Below the pieces are notes generated by a model. The model was not told the origin of the DNA, did not search any database, and saw nothing but the letters and a program-made list of their open reading frames with translations. A stretch of 64,000 nt of DNA, from assembly GCA_030831165.1 (NCBI GenBank), contig JAURLP010000036.1, forward strand, positions 7,622 through 71,621. The letters are read 5' to 3'. The stretch comes from Gammaproteobacteria bacterium (GTDB taxonomy: Bacteria; Pseudomonadota; Gammaproteobacteria; Pseudomonadales; Pseudohongiellaceae). Of this stretch, positions 1 to 7,922 are shown one piece after another. The stretch's first letter is position 1, and the number at the start of each line of letters is the position of its first letter. A program made the position numbers and the translations under genes.

Positions 1-1
1 A

Positions 2-226
2 AAGGTCGGCGGTGGCAGGGTGGCAGCGCATGAAATTATGATAGGGACATCTGCTATTCGAAACCTGATTCGTGAAGATAAAATTGCACAAATGTATTCA
101 GCTATTCAAACCGGAGCTCAGATTGGCATGCAAACATTAGATCAATGCCTTAAAGATTTGGTTGCTAAAGGCTTGGTTGATCGTAATGAGGCAAGATCCA
201 AAGCTAAGTCAGGCGATAGTTTTTAA
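2..226 (+). CDS. pilT: Twitching-motility ATPase PilT, C-terminal fragment (5' end outside window)
   Basis: The frame is open from the window edge. The translation ..GGGRVAAHEIMIGTSAIRNLIREDKIAQMYSAIQTGAQIGMQTLDQCL.. matches the conserved PilT C-terminus. Confidence 0.85.
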   Translation, partial: KVGGGRVAAHEIMIGTSAIRNLIREDKIAQMYSAIQTGAQIGMQTLDQCLKDLVAKGLVDRNEARSKAKSGDSF

Positions 227-254
227 TCGTTACGCAAGCTCAGAACAAAGAGGT

Positions 255-692
255 TTAGGGGTTTTCTGTGGATGCAAACCAGTTTTCAAGAATGAGTTGA
301 GCTGCAATCGAATCAATAGCGTCACGGTCTTTATAGGTTTTGCCATGGGCTTCGGCCATATTTCTTCGGATATCTTTAGCTTCGCGGCTACTAAGTCTTT
401 CGTCGACACTATAGCAAGGGATATTAAAGCGACCATTTAATCGCTGTAGGAATTTCTGAGCCCGGAGCGTCATTTGATTTTCAGTGCCATCCATATTGAA
501 CGGCATTCCTACGACAAAGATAGAAGGCTGCCATTCCTTTATTAGTTGTTCAATTATGTTCCAGTCAGGGATGCCATCCTGGGCAGGTATTACGGCCAGA
601 GGAGATGCGGTTTGGGTGATATTTTGACCAACAGCAACGCCTATTTTTTTGGTCCCGTAATCAAATGCCAGGGCAGTTAAATGAGCAGACAT
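255..692 (-). CDS. ruvX: Holliday-junction resolvase-like nuclease RuvX (YqgF)
   Basis: 145 aa. The N-terminus ALAFDYGTKKIGVAVGQ is the YqgF signature. The start overlaps the yqgE stop (TAATG). Confidence 0.9.
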   Translation of the reverse strand: MSAHLTALAFDYGTKKIGVAVGQNITQTASPLAVIPAQDGIPDWNIIEQLIKEWQPSIFVVGMPFNMDGTENQMTLRAQKFLQRLNGRFNIPCYSVDERLSSREAKDIRRNMAEAHGKTYKDRDAIDSIAAQLILENWFASTENP

Positions 693-1276
693 TAACTTAA
701 CAGTCCCAGATCTGTACTTAATTGTGAGAGTTCAAAACCAAGCAGCTCAGCCGCCATTTTGGGCTTTTCACTAAAATTGGTTGAGAAAATCAGTTCTTTA
801 TTGGCTGGGCAGTTAAACCAGGCATTTTCAATGATTTCTTGTTCAATTTGACCCGGCCCCCAGCCTGAACAGCCCAAAATAACGAAATAGTTTTCTGGAC
901 CTTCTCCCCTTGCGATATCTTCAAGAATATCCCGAGACGTTGTAATATTGAGATTATTTTCCAGGGTGAGAGTGGAATCCCAGGAATTGGAATTACTATC
1001 GTGCAGGATAAATCCTTTATTGGGCTCAACCGGGCCGCCACATAAAACTGTCTGAGGTGCTCCTGGGGGTCTTTCATCCTTGATACCTAGTTGCTCAAAA
1101 AGTTCGCTGAGGGTAATCGGTAATGGCAAGTTTACTGCCATACCTATGGATCCTTCATCAGAGTGTTGCCACATGTAGATTACAGAATTTTCAAAAAAAG
1201 AATCTTCCAGTTGCGGCATGGCAATCAAAAATTGATCGAAGAGGCCTGAAGAATTTGAAGGTGTTTGTTGATCCAT
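692..1276 (-). CDS. yqgE: YqgE/AlgH family protein
   Basis: ORF trimmed to the ATG at 1276 (MDQQTPSN..). It contains FENSVIYMWQHSDEGSIGMAVN and sits in the conserved yqgE-ruvX pairing. Confidence 0.8.
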   Translation of the reverse strand: MDQQTPSNSSGLFDQFLIAMPQLEDSFFENSVIYMWQHSDEGSIGMAVNLPLPITLSELFEQLGIKDERPPGAPQTVLCGGPVEPNKGFILHDSNSNSWDSTLTLENNLNITTSRDILEDIARGEGPENYFVILGCSGWGPGQIEQEIIENAWFNCPANKELIFSTNFSEKPKMAAELLGFELSQLSTDLGLLS

Positions 1277-1289
1277 AATAGGTATAGGC

Positions 1290-2177
1290 TTAATTACTGG
1301 TAAAAGTATTACTTTGATGAAACTGCCAGGTTCGCACAATTTCGAGTATATCTATTTCTTCTCGAATATCCGGAGGAAAAGGGTCAAAAGGAGCAGCCAG
1401 CTGTACAATACGAATTGCAGCATCATCCAGTATTGAATAACCCGAAGAACTTAAAATTCTCACTTCACTCACCTGACCGTCAGGAAACAGGGCCACTAGC
1501 AGCCGTAACTGGCCATAAATACCAGCAGCACTGGCTTGCTGTGGATAATTAAAATTACCGACTGCTTCGATTTTTCTGCGCCAGCCATCCAGATACAAAG
1601 CATCACGTGCCTGCCGGGTCGATGCGGATGAAATAGTATATTTTCTGGGTCGTTGAGCATAAGCCTCCCGATGAATATCCAGCTGTGCCTGCAGACTCGC
1701 CAAGGTCTGTTCAAGTGAGTTTTGTGCAGTCCCCTGGAAGTCCTGGTTTTGAGGCGTATTCAAAAAAGCTTCTTCAGTGTTTAAAAGAGAATTGGAATCA
1801 GTACTGGTTAGGAGTTCCCTCTCTGAATTGTTCAGAGCGGATTCGGTTTCAAGAGCAGCAACTTCCTGAATGGTATCGGCGTTAAAGCGTGATTCAAAAG
1901 GACTGCTGGGTCGGGCTAATTCATCTTGAGAACCACTCCCTTCCTGATTAGCCTGGGCCAGAAAATCAGGATTATCAGGGGCCTGATTGCTTTCATATTG
2001 GGCTAGAGTCACATCAAAACTTGAAGAGGAATTAAGCTGTTCATAAAAAGTAAATCCAACACCCAGGATCAATACGGCATGAACACAAAGTGACATAAAC
2101 AAGGTAAAGCCAAAGCGCTCATTCGCCAGTGACTGATAGCTGGATTCAATTGGATCTATATCTGCTGAAATAGACAA
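1290..2177 (-). CDS. TonB-family energy transducer (TonB3-like by position)
   Basis: It has an N-terminal TM helix (FTLFMSLCVHAVLILGVGF) and a C-terminal TonB_C-like region (GQVSEVRILSSSGYSILDDAAIRIVQLAAPFDPFP). The gshB-tonB-yqgE-ruvX order is the same as at the P. aeruginosa tonB3 locus. Confidence 0.75.
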   Translation of the reverse strand: MSISADIDPIESSYQSLANERFGFTLFMSLCVHAVLILGVGFTFYEQLNSSSSFDVTLAQYESNQAPDNPDFLAQANQEGSGSQDELARPSSPFESRFNADTIQEVAALETESALNNSERELLTSTDSNSLLNTEEAFLNTPQNQDFQGTAQNSLEQTLASLQAQLDIHREAYAQRPRKYTISSASTRQARDALYLDGWRRKIEAVGNFNYPQQASAAGIYGQLRLLVALFPDGQVSEVRILSSSGYSILDDAAIRIVQLAAPFDPFPPDIREEIDILEIVRTWQFHQSNTFTSN

Positions 2178-3128
2178 TTAATTCTCCAATTTTGCAGCAA
2201 TACACTCCATTAAGTCGCCGCCAATATCTAGATCAAATGCAGCATTTAATTCACGAATACATGTAGGACTGGTGACATTAATCTCAGTGAGATAATCACC
2301 TATTACATCCAGACCAACAAAGATTAACCCTAACTCCTTGAGTGTAGGCCCAACTTGTTCACATATCCAGCGATCACGATCAGTCAATGGTATGCCTTTT
2401 GAACTTCCTCCAGCAGCTAAATTACCACGGGTTTCGTTTAGGGCAGGAATACGTGCCAAGGCATAATCGACAGGCTTGCCATCTATCATTAATATTCGCT
2501 TATCCCCCGCTGAGATTTTAGGAATAAATTTTTGAGCCATTATTTGATGCTTGCCAAAATCAGTGAGAGTTTCAATTATGACGCTGAGGTTTGGGTCTTT
2601 GGGTTTGATTCTGAATATTGATGAGCCCCCCATTCCGTCCAGGGGTTTAAAAATGACATCTTCATGTTTAGCATAAAATTCTCTCAGCAAGGCAGGGCTG
2701 CTCGCTACCAGCACAGGCGTACAACATTGCGGAAATTGAGTGGCAAAAACTTTTTCGTTACAGTCGCGAAGGCTTTGAGGTTTGTTAACAACCAATACGC
2801 CTTGTTTTTCGGCCGCCTCAAGAATATAAGTGCTATAAATATATTCGTTATCAAAAGGCGGATCTTTGCGCATGAGGATGACGTCAAAATCACCAAGCGC
2901 CTGACGAACAGACTCGCCTAGGGAAAACCAGTTTTGCATATCATTAGCAACACTGAGTGATCTGGATTCAGCCATTGCGACTCCGTCGTCTAGGTACAGG
3001 CCAGTCTGCTCAATGTAAGAAAGGCTCCAGCCTCTTTCTTGGGCAGCTAAAAGCATTGCCAGTGTTGAATCTTTCTTAACAGAAATCTTCTGGATAGGAT
3101 CCATTACGACAGCTAACTTTACAGACAT
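2178..3128 (-). CDS. gshB: Glutathione synthetase
   Basis: KLAVVMDPIQKISVKKDSTLAMLLAAQERGW aligns with the E. coli GshB N-terminus, followed by an ATP-grasp C-terminal half. I prefer the ATG at 3128 to the upstream GTG at 3140. Confidence 0.9.
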   Translation of the reverse strand: MSVKLAVVMDPIQKISVKKDSTLAMLLAAQERGWSLSYIEQTGLYLDDGVAMAESRSLSVANDMQNWFSLGESVRQALGDFDVILMRKDPPFDNEYIYSTYILEAAEKQGVLVVNKPQSLRDCNEKVFATQFPQCCTPVLVASSPALLREFYAKHEDVIFKPLDGMGGSSIFRIKPKDPNLSVIIETLTDFGKHQIMAQKFIPKISAGDKRILMIDGKPVDYALARIPALNETRGNLAAGGSSKGIPLTDRDRWICEQVGPTLKELGLIFVGLDVIGDYLTEINVTSPTCIRELNAAFDLDIGGDLMECIAAKLEN

Positions 3129-3330
3129 ATTTGTATCCACAATAAAAATTGGCTCGATTATATCAAAGAGCCTGACTTAGCGGGTATTTAACTAAGGATA
3201 AATAATCACCTTATCTAGGGGGCAATTTGTCAAATGTTGCTACTAAAAAGTTTAGAGGAAACGGCATAAGCCTGCTATATAAATAGATATACAAAATAGA
3301 TAAATATTCACAATGAGCAATACAGGGTTT

Positions 3331-3470
3331 GGAGAGGATCGGGGAGGAATAGGGGGATTAGGATGAGTTATGGCGGAGACTTCGCGAGAAGTTATAAAAA
3401 AGGGGCAAGTATAAAAGGGTGGAGAGAAAAGGGTAAGGAAAAAAGAACGAGAGGAAAAGAGTGAGAGCAG
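3331..3470 (+). other. Polypurine, GGA-rich tract upstream of and running into the pilG-like start
   Basis: About 140 nt that is more than 80% A/G on the + strand, with many GGA/AGGA motifs (ggagaggatcggggaggaatagggggattaggatgag ... gggtggagagaaaagggtaaggaaaaaagaacgagaggaaaagagtgagag). Confidence 0.8.
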
Positions 3471-3877
3471 CACAAGCAACAATACAGAATGACCTGGTTG
3501 AGAAGGGAAATTCAATCTCTTTACTGCTTATTGATGATAACCCCCTGGTTCTTGAAACGATCAAAAAACTATTAAAAAAGACTCATTATGAATTATTACT
3601 TGCAGACGACCCGTTTGATGCACTTTGCAGTCTGGTTGAAAATAAACCATCGGTTGTTTTTATAGATGCAGCTATGAGCAAGCTTAACGGTTATCAATTT
3701 TGTGCCTTGGTAAAAGCACAAGCAAAGTATCAATATATTCCATTGGTTGTCGTGCTGGAATACGCTAATAAAGTGGAACAAGCTAAGGCGCTAGCGGCCG
3801 GAGCAGATGCCGTTTTAGTAAAACCTTTTGGTGAAAATGAACTGCTCAATATTGTTGAGGTGACTGGAGGCAAATAG
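3461..3877 (+). CDS. CheY-like single-domain response regulator, PilG-like
   Basis: LLLIDDNP..VVFIDAAMSKLNGYQFCALVK..LVKPF supplies the acidic pair, the phospho-acceptor Asp and the conserved Lys. It resembles P. aeruginosa PilG (DGFDAL..FVDIMMPRLDGYQTCALIK) and is divergent from gshB, as pilG is. GTG start. Confidence 0.75.
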   Translation: MRAAQATIQNDLVEKGNSISLLLIDDNPLVLETIKKLLKKTHYELLLADDPFDALCSLVENKPSVVFIDAAMSKLNGYQFCALVKAQAKYQYIPLVVVLEYANKVEQAKALAAGADAVLVKPFGENELLNIVEVTGGK

Positions 3878-3878
3878 C

Positions 3879-4157
3879 TTGAACCCGCTGTATGAGGCAA
3901 CTAAAGTCTTGGGCTTTTACTGTGATAATCTCGTCTTGATGCTAGAGCAGGCTCCGGAAAATTACTGTAATGCTGAGGTTAAAAATGAAAAAGAATTAGC
4001 CATTATTGATGCAAAAAAATACAGTGCTCAATTGGCGCTGCTAGAACCATTTTACTCCCCGATGGGAATAAAAAAGAGGTATCCCAGCTTCCAAAACTCT
4101 GTAGCTTGCTTGGGCAGGAAAGCTTCCAGAATAATAAGGAACAAACTCTTTTATTAA
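3879..4157 (+). CDS. Hypothetical protein
   Basis: 92-aa ORF with a TTG start 1 nt after the receiver gene stop. No motif recognised. Confidence 0.3.
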   Translation: MNPLYEATKVLGFYCDNLVLMLEQAPENYCNAEVKNEKELAIIDAKKYSAQLALLEPFYSPMGIKKRYPSFQNSVACLGRKASRIIRNKLFY

Positions 4158-4274
4158 CAAAAATATTTCGCTTAATAAACCAACTACCAGCGACTGGCTG
4201 GAGATAAATAACGCATCTTAAAAGTTTGAATTTGATATAATTCCCCAGTTGCAACAGGCTTGGGAGAATTTTGA

Positions 4275-4802
4275 TTGAAATCGCTTGGTTATTATTGGGG
4301 GATCAGTGGGGTGGTGTTGATTTTGCTATCTGCAATAGCAAGATTATCTCCCCGTGTGGTTGAAATGTTAAGCGCCCCACTTAGCTTATTGCAATGGCTG
4401 CTTCTTGCTATATTCGTCTTATATATGGCTTATGCGGAAGGATATAAGGGCTTCCATCTTAATTTTGCACCACGTGTAATAACCCGCGCTCAAATTTTCC
4501 TGATTGAAAATAATATAAATAATTTCTTGTACACACTTTTAGCTCCATTGCTTTGTATGGGCTACATATACTCCACTAAGAAAAGGAAGTTAGTGTCCTT
4601 CCTGGTAACCAGTGCAATTATCATCCTGGTTTTATTGGTGAGACTATTGCCTCAACCTTGGCGAGGCATTATTGATGCAGGTGTAGTGTTAGGCTTGCTT
4701 TTGGGAATTGCGTCTATTGTTTATTTCTGGTTTCAATCCAGGCATAAGGAATGGGTAAGTCCGGTTCCTGCTGACTTTCCGGACAGTGAAATAACAAAAT
4801 AA
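4275..4802 (+). CDS. Hypothetical integral membrane protein
   Basis: 175 aa with several hydrophobic helices (VVLILLSAIARL, LLLAIFVLYMAY, LVTSAIIILVLLVRLL, VVLGLLLGIASIVYFW). TTG start. Confidence 0.55.
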   Translation: MKSLGYYWGISGVVLILLSAIARLSPRVVEMLSAPLSLLQWLLLAIFVLYMAYAEGYKGFHLNFAPRVITRAQIFLIENNINNFLYTLLAPLLCMGYIYSTKKRKLVSFLVTSAIIILVLLVRLLPQPWRGIIDAGVVLGLLLGIASIVYFWFQSRHKEWVSPVPADFPDSEITK

Positions 4803-4865
4803 AAATTGATAGCTACTTCTTGCTATTCAGTAAAAAATTACTGGAAGTACGTGGCACAAGAATAT

Positions 4866-5606
4866 TTATAAGTCTTTTGTTAAAAGACTTTTAATCTGGG
4901 CAGAAAGAATTTCCCCAATAAAGTCTAAAAACAAGGTATCCAAACTAGAATTAAAGTGCTTTTCTTTGTTGCTGGCTACGACCAACAGAGGAACGCCGGG
5001 AAGTCTTGCTTTGAATTTATTTTCATCATGGAAATGTATAGGAATAATGGCAACTGAACTGATATTGGTTGAATCGAGAAAAAACAGACTTGCCTGATCT
5101 GAATTTAGTGTGCCGCAATAAGCCCGTTTGCGCTGAAATAGTTTACCAAGAACCTTGCTGGCGAGCTCAAGGGGAAGCAAAAATAAAGGTGATTCGCTTT
5201 CTTCAATGTTATCTTCAGTAGCAAAAAACAGTTTGCTGCAGGATGCATCAAATTCTTTCTTTAACTTTTCTTCAATTAAATTTGATAGATCTTGTAAAGA
5301 AACAGTATTAATTATATTGAGAACAATGGTACGTGTTTTTTCGAATAGTTCATCGTTCTCTTTAGCGTTTTCAACGAAGCTTTTAATTTTATCCTGTGTT
5401 TCATCATTCTTTCTTCTTAGCAGGGAAACCTGACGCTCAAGCAGAGAAATTGCCTGACCACTTTTATGTGATATACGCAGATTAAGCAGCAGGTCTTCAT
5501 GGGTCGCGAAAAAGTCAGGGTGTTCCATTAAATAATTGGCAACGCTTTCATCATCCAGACTTAAATCGTCAGTTTTGGCGAGAGAATTCTGGGAATTAGT
5601 CTTCAT
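4866..5606 (-). CDS. DUF484 (YigA) family protein
   Basis: VANYLMEHPDFFATHEDLLLNLRISHKSGQAISLLERQVSLLR is typical of YigA. It lies immediately downstream of dapF, as in E. coli, and overlaps the dapF stop by 4 nt. Confidence 0.75.
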   Translation of the reverse strand: MKTNSQNSLAKTDDLSLDDESVANYLMEHPDFFATHEDLLLNLRISHKSGQAISLLERQVSLLRRKNDETQDKIKSFVENAKENDELFEKTRTIVLNIINTVSLQDLSNLIEEKLKKEFDASCSKLFFATEDNIEESESPLFLLPLELASKVLGKLFQRKRAYCGTLNSDQASLFFLDSTNISSVAIIPIHFHDENKFKARLPGVPLLVVASNKEKHFNSSLDTLFLDFIGEILSAQIKSLLTKDL

Positions 5607-6439
5607 AAACTTAGATGTCCTTCATAAACAGTAATCGCTGGTCCGGTCATCAGTACAGAGTTTCCAGCACCATGCCAGCTAATAGTGAGTTTGCCACCTT
5701 TGAGCTCAACTGTCACGGTTTCAGATAGTTGAGATCTAAGAATTCCTGCAACGACTGCGGCACAAGCGCCGGTTCCACAAGCCAGAGTTTCCCCGGCGCC
5801 ACGTTCATAAACCCGTAATCGAATTAGCTCGGGACTTACAATTTGCATAAATCCTGCATTCACTCGTTCGGGAAAAAGCCGATGATGCTCAATAAGCGGT
5901 CCAAGTTCAGAGACTGGGGCAAGATCAACGGATTCTACCTGGTAGATGGCATGTGGATTACCCATGGAAAGTGCAGCAATTTCAATAGACTGACCATTGG
6001 GTAAATCCAATGGATAAGTTAAAGCTTCTGCTTCGGCTAAAAAAGGAATGACTTTCGGGTCAGTGATTGGCTCGCCCATATCCACAGCAATCTGCCCATC
6101 ATCCATGAGCTCACAGTGAATAATATTCCCGGTCGGCATGCCCAAAGCGATCTTTTTACTGCTGCTTAGGCCTTTATCGCTTAGGTAGCGGGCAACACAA
6201 CGAGCGCCATTGCCACATTGTTGAGCTTCTGTGCCGTCTGCATTAAAGATACGGTATTCGAAATCACTTCCTGAAATGCTGGCGGGGCCAATAACCAGTA
6301 ATTGATCGAAACCAATACCTTTGTGTCGGTCGCTCAGTTCCGGGATACGTTCTAGAGGCACCGGGAGGTCCTGCTGAATGCGATCCAGCAGCATAAAGTC
6401 ATTACCCAAACCGTGCATTTTGGTAAAACGTAAAGACAT
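5603..6439 (-). CDS. dapF: Diaminopimelate epimerase
   Basis: FTKMHGLGNDF N-terminus. Both catalytic Cys contexts are present (QCGNGARC and ACGTGACA). Confidence 0.93.
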   Translation of the reverse strand: MSLRFTKMHGLGNDFMLLDRIQQDLPVPLERIPELSDRHKGIGFDQLLVIGPASISGSDFEYRIFNADGTEAQQCGNGARCVARYLSDKGLSSSKKIALGMPTGNIIHCELMDDGQIAVDMGEPITDPKVIPFLAEAEALTYPLDLPNGQSIEIAALSMGNPHAIYQVESVDLAPVSELGPLIEHHRLFPERVNAGFMQIVSPELIRLRVYERGAGETLACGTGACAAVVAGILRSQLSETVTVELKGGKLTISWHGAGNSVLMTGPAITVYEGHLSL

Positions 6440-6486
6440 TTCTTATCTCTCTAGGTTTCTATGCTGATAAATATATAGACAATTAT

Positions 6487-7734
6487 TTATGGTAGAAGAC
6501 TTTCCAGGCTTAACTGGTCCTGATAGCTTTCACGCCGTCGGGCCAGGTGAACTGAATCGCCATCAACCAAAATTTCTGCTGCCCGGTTACGGGTATTATA
6601 GTTGGAACTCATACCAAAACCGTAAGCCCCTGCAGAACACACGGCCAATAAATCACCCTCTGTAATTGCAAGTTCTCTAGCTTTCCCAAGAAAATCACTG
6701 GATTCACAAACCGGTCCAACTATATCGTACAAAACGGGCTCAATCGTTGTATTTTTATTGACCGGGATGATGTCCATCCAGGCTTGATACAAGGCGGGTC
6801 TTATCAGGTCATTCATCGCCGCATCAACAATAGCGAAGTTTTTATCGCCATTCTCTTTTAAATATTCAACTTCAGTCAGTAACACTCCTGCATTAGCCGA
6901 TATGGAACGCCCAGGTTCAAGAATCAGGCCTAAGTTGCTATTCATTAATAGAGGCGCAATTGTTGCCGAAAAATCATAAGGGCTAGGCGGATTTTCATCT
7001 TTATAGCTCACCCCTAAACCGCCGCCTATATCCAAATGTTGCAACGTTATTCCAATATCCTTAAGTTTTGCTACTAGCTCTAACAAGCGTTGCAAAGCAT
7101 CTGTATATGGGTTGAGGCTGGTGAGTTGAGAGCCGATATGACAATCAACACCTATCACTTCGATGCCGGCCAGGTTGTGCGCATGTTGATAGACTTCCAG
7201 TGCTCGACCAGTATTAATGCCGAATTTATTTTCTTTCAGCCCTGTCGAAATATAAGGGTGGGTTTGTGCATCAACATCTGGATTTACGCGCAATGAAATA
7301 GGTGCAATTAAATTGGTATCAAGGGCAATGGTATTTAAGCGTTCCAGTTCGGCTTCAGACTCAACATTAAAGCAGTGAATGCCGACTTCCAAGGCATGGC
7401 GTATTTCCTCCTGAGTTTTACCAACGCCAGAGAAAATAACTTTGTCAGCTGAACCGCCAGCTGCCAGAACACGTTCCAGCTCTCCACCTGAAACAATATC
7501 GAAACCAGATCCGAGTTTTGCCAACACATTGAGGACGGACAGGTTTGAGTTAGCTTTAACAGCGTAGCAAATCAAAGCATTTTGGCCAGCAAATGCATTT
7601 TTATAAGCGAGATAAGCTTCTTCCAAAGCCTGCCTTGAATAAACATAGCAGGGCGTGCCAAATTTTTCTGCAATTTTGGACAAAGGCACTGCTTCAGCGT
7701 AAAGCTGATCATTTTGATAATGAAAGCTGCTCAT
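6487..7734 (-). CDS. lysA: Diaminopimelate decarboxylase
   Basis: Fold-III PLP decarboxylase with the YAVKANSN PLP-lysine motif, GGGLGV, EPGRSI and the CESSD motif. lysA-dapF synteny. Confidence 0.93.
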   Translation of the reverse strand: MSSFHYQNDQLYAEAVPLSKIAEKFGTPCYVYSRQALEEAYLAYKNAFAGQNALICYAVKANSNLSVLNVLAKLGSGFDIVSGGELERVLAAGGSADKVIFSGVGKTQEEIRHALEVGIHCFNVESEAELERLNTIALDTNLIAPISLRVNPDVDAQTHPYISTGLKENKFGINTGRALEVYQHAHNLAGIEVIGVDCHIGSQLTSLNPYTDALQRLLELVAKLKDIGITLQHLDIGGGLGVSYKDENPPSPYDFSATIAPLLMNSNLGLILEPGRSISANAGVLLTEVEYLKENGDKNFAIVDAAMNDLIRPALYQAWMDIIPVNKNTTIEPVLYDIVGPVCESSDFLGKARELAITEGDLLAVCSAGAYGFGMSSNYNTRNRAAEILVDGDSVHLARRRESYQDQLSLESLLP

Positions 7735-7740
7735 TAAAAA

Positions 7741-7875
7741 TTAACTCGAGAAAATTTCTGTTATTTCAGGCAGGTTTCCACCTGAAACCATTGGCTCAGG
7801 AGGTACCAGTGGCCCTTTTTGCCCACAAGCGCAAATAAAACAAGCTATAAACAGCATTAAAATTGCTTTTTTCAT
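7741..7875 (-). CDS. lptM: Small lipoprotein, LptM/YifL-like (44 aa, below the ORF-track cutoff)
   Basis: Hand translation: MKKAILMLFIACFICACGQKGPLVPPEPMVSGGNLPEITEIFSS. It has a signal peptide and a lipobox Cys followed by GxKGPL, as in E. coli YifL (..LTGCGLKGPLYFP). It occupies the conserved position upstream of lysA/dapF. Confidence 0.7.
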   Translation of the reverse strand: MKKAILMLFIACFICACGQKGPLVPPEPMVSGGNLPEITEIFSS

Positions 7876-7922
7876 CACTTCGAGTTGTGCTTAAAAGTAC
7901 GTAAAGCGCGGATTATACTGCC

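Noticed and set aside
3252-3564. Two minus-strand ORFs (87 and 68 aa) rich in Pro/Ser/Leu/Phe
   Set aside because: They are the antisense reading of the polypurine tract and give low-complexity translations. They have no RBS and overlap the receiver gene start, so I treat them as artefacts.
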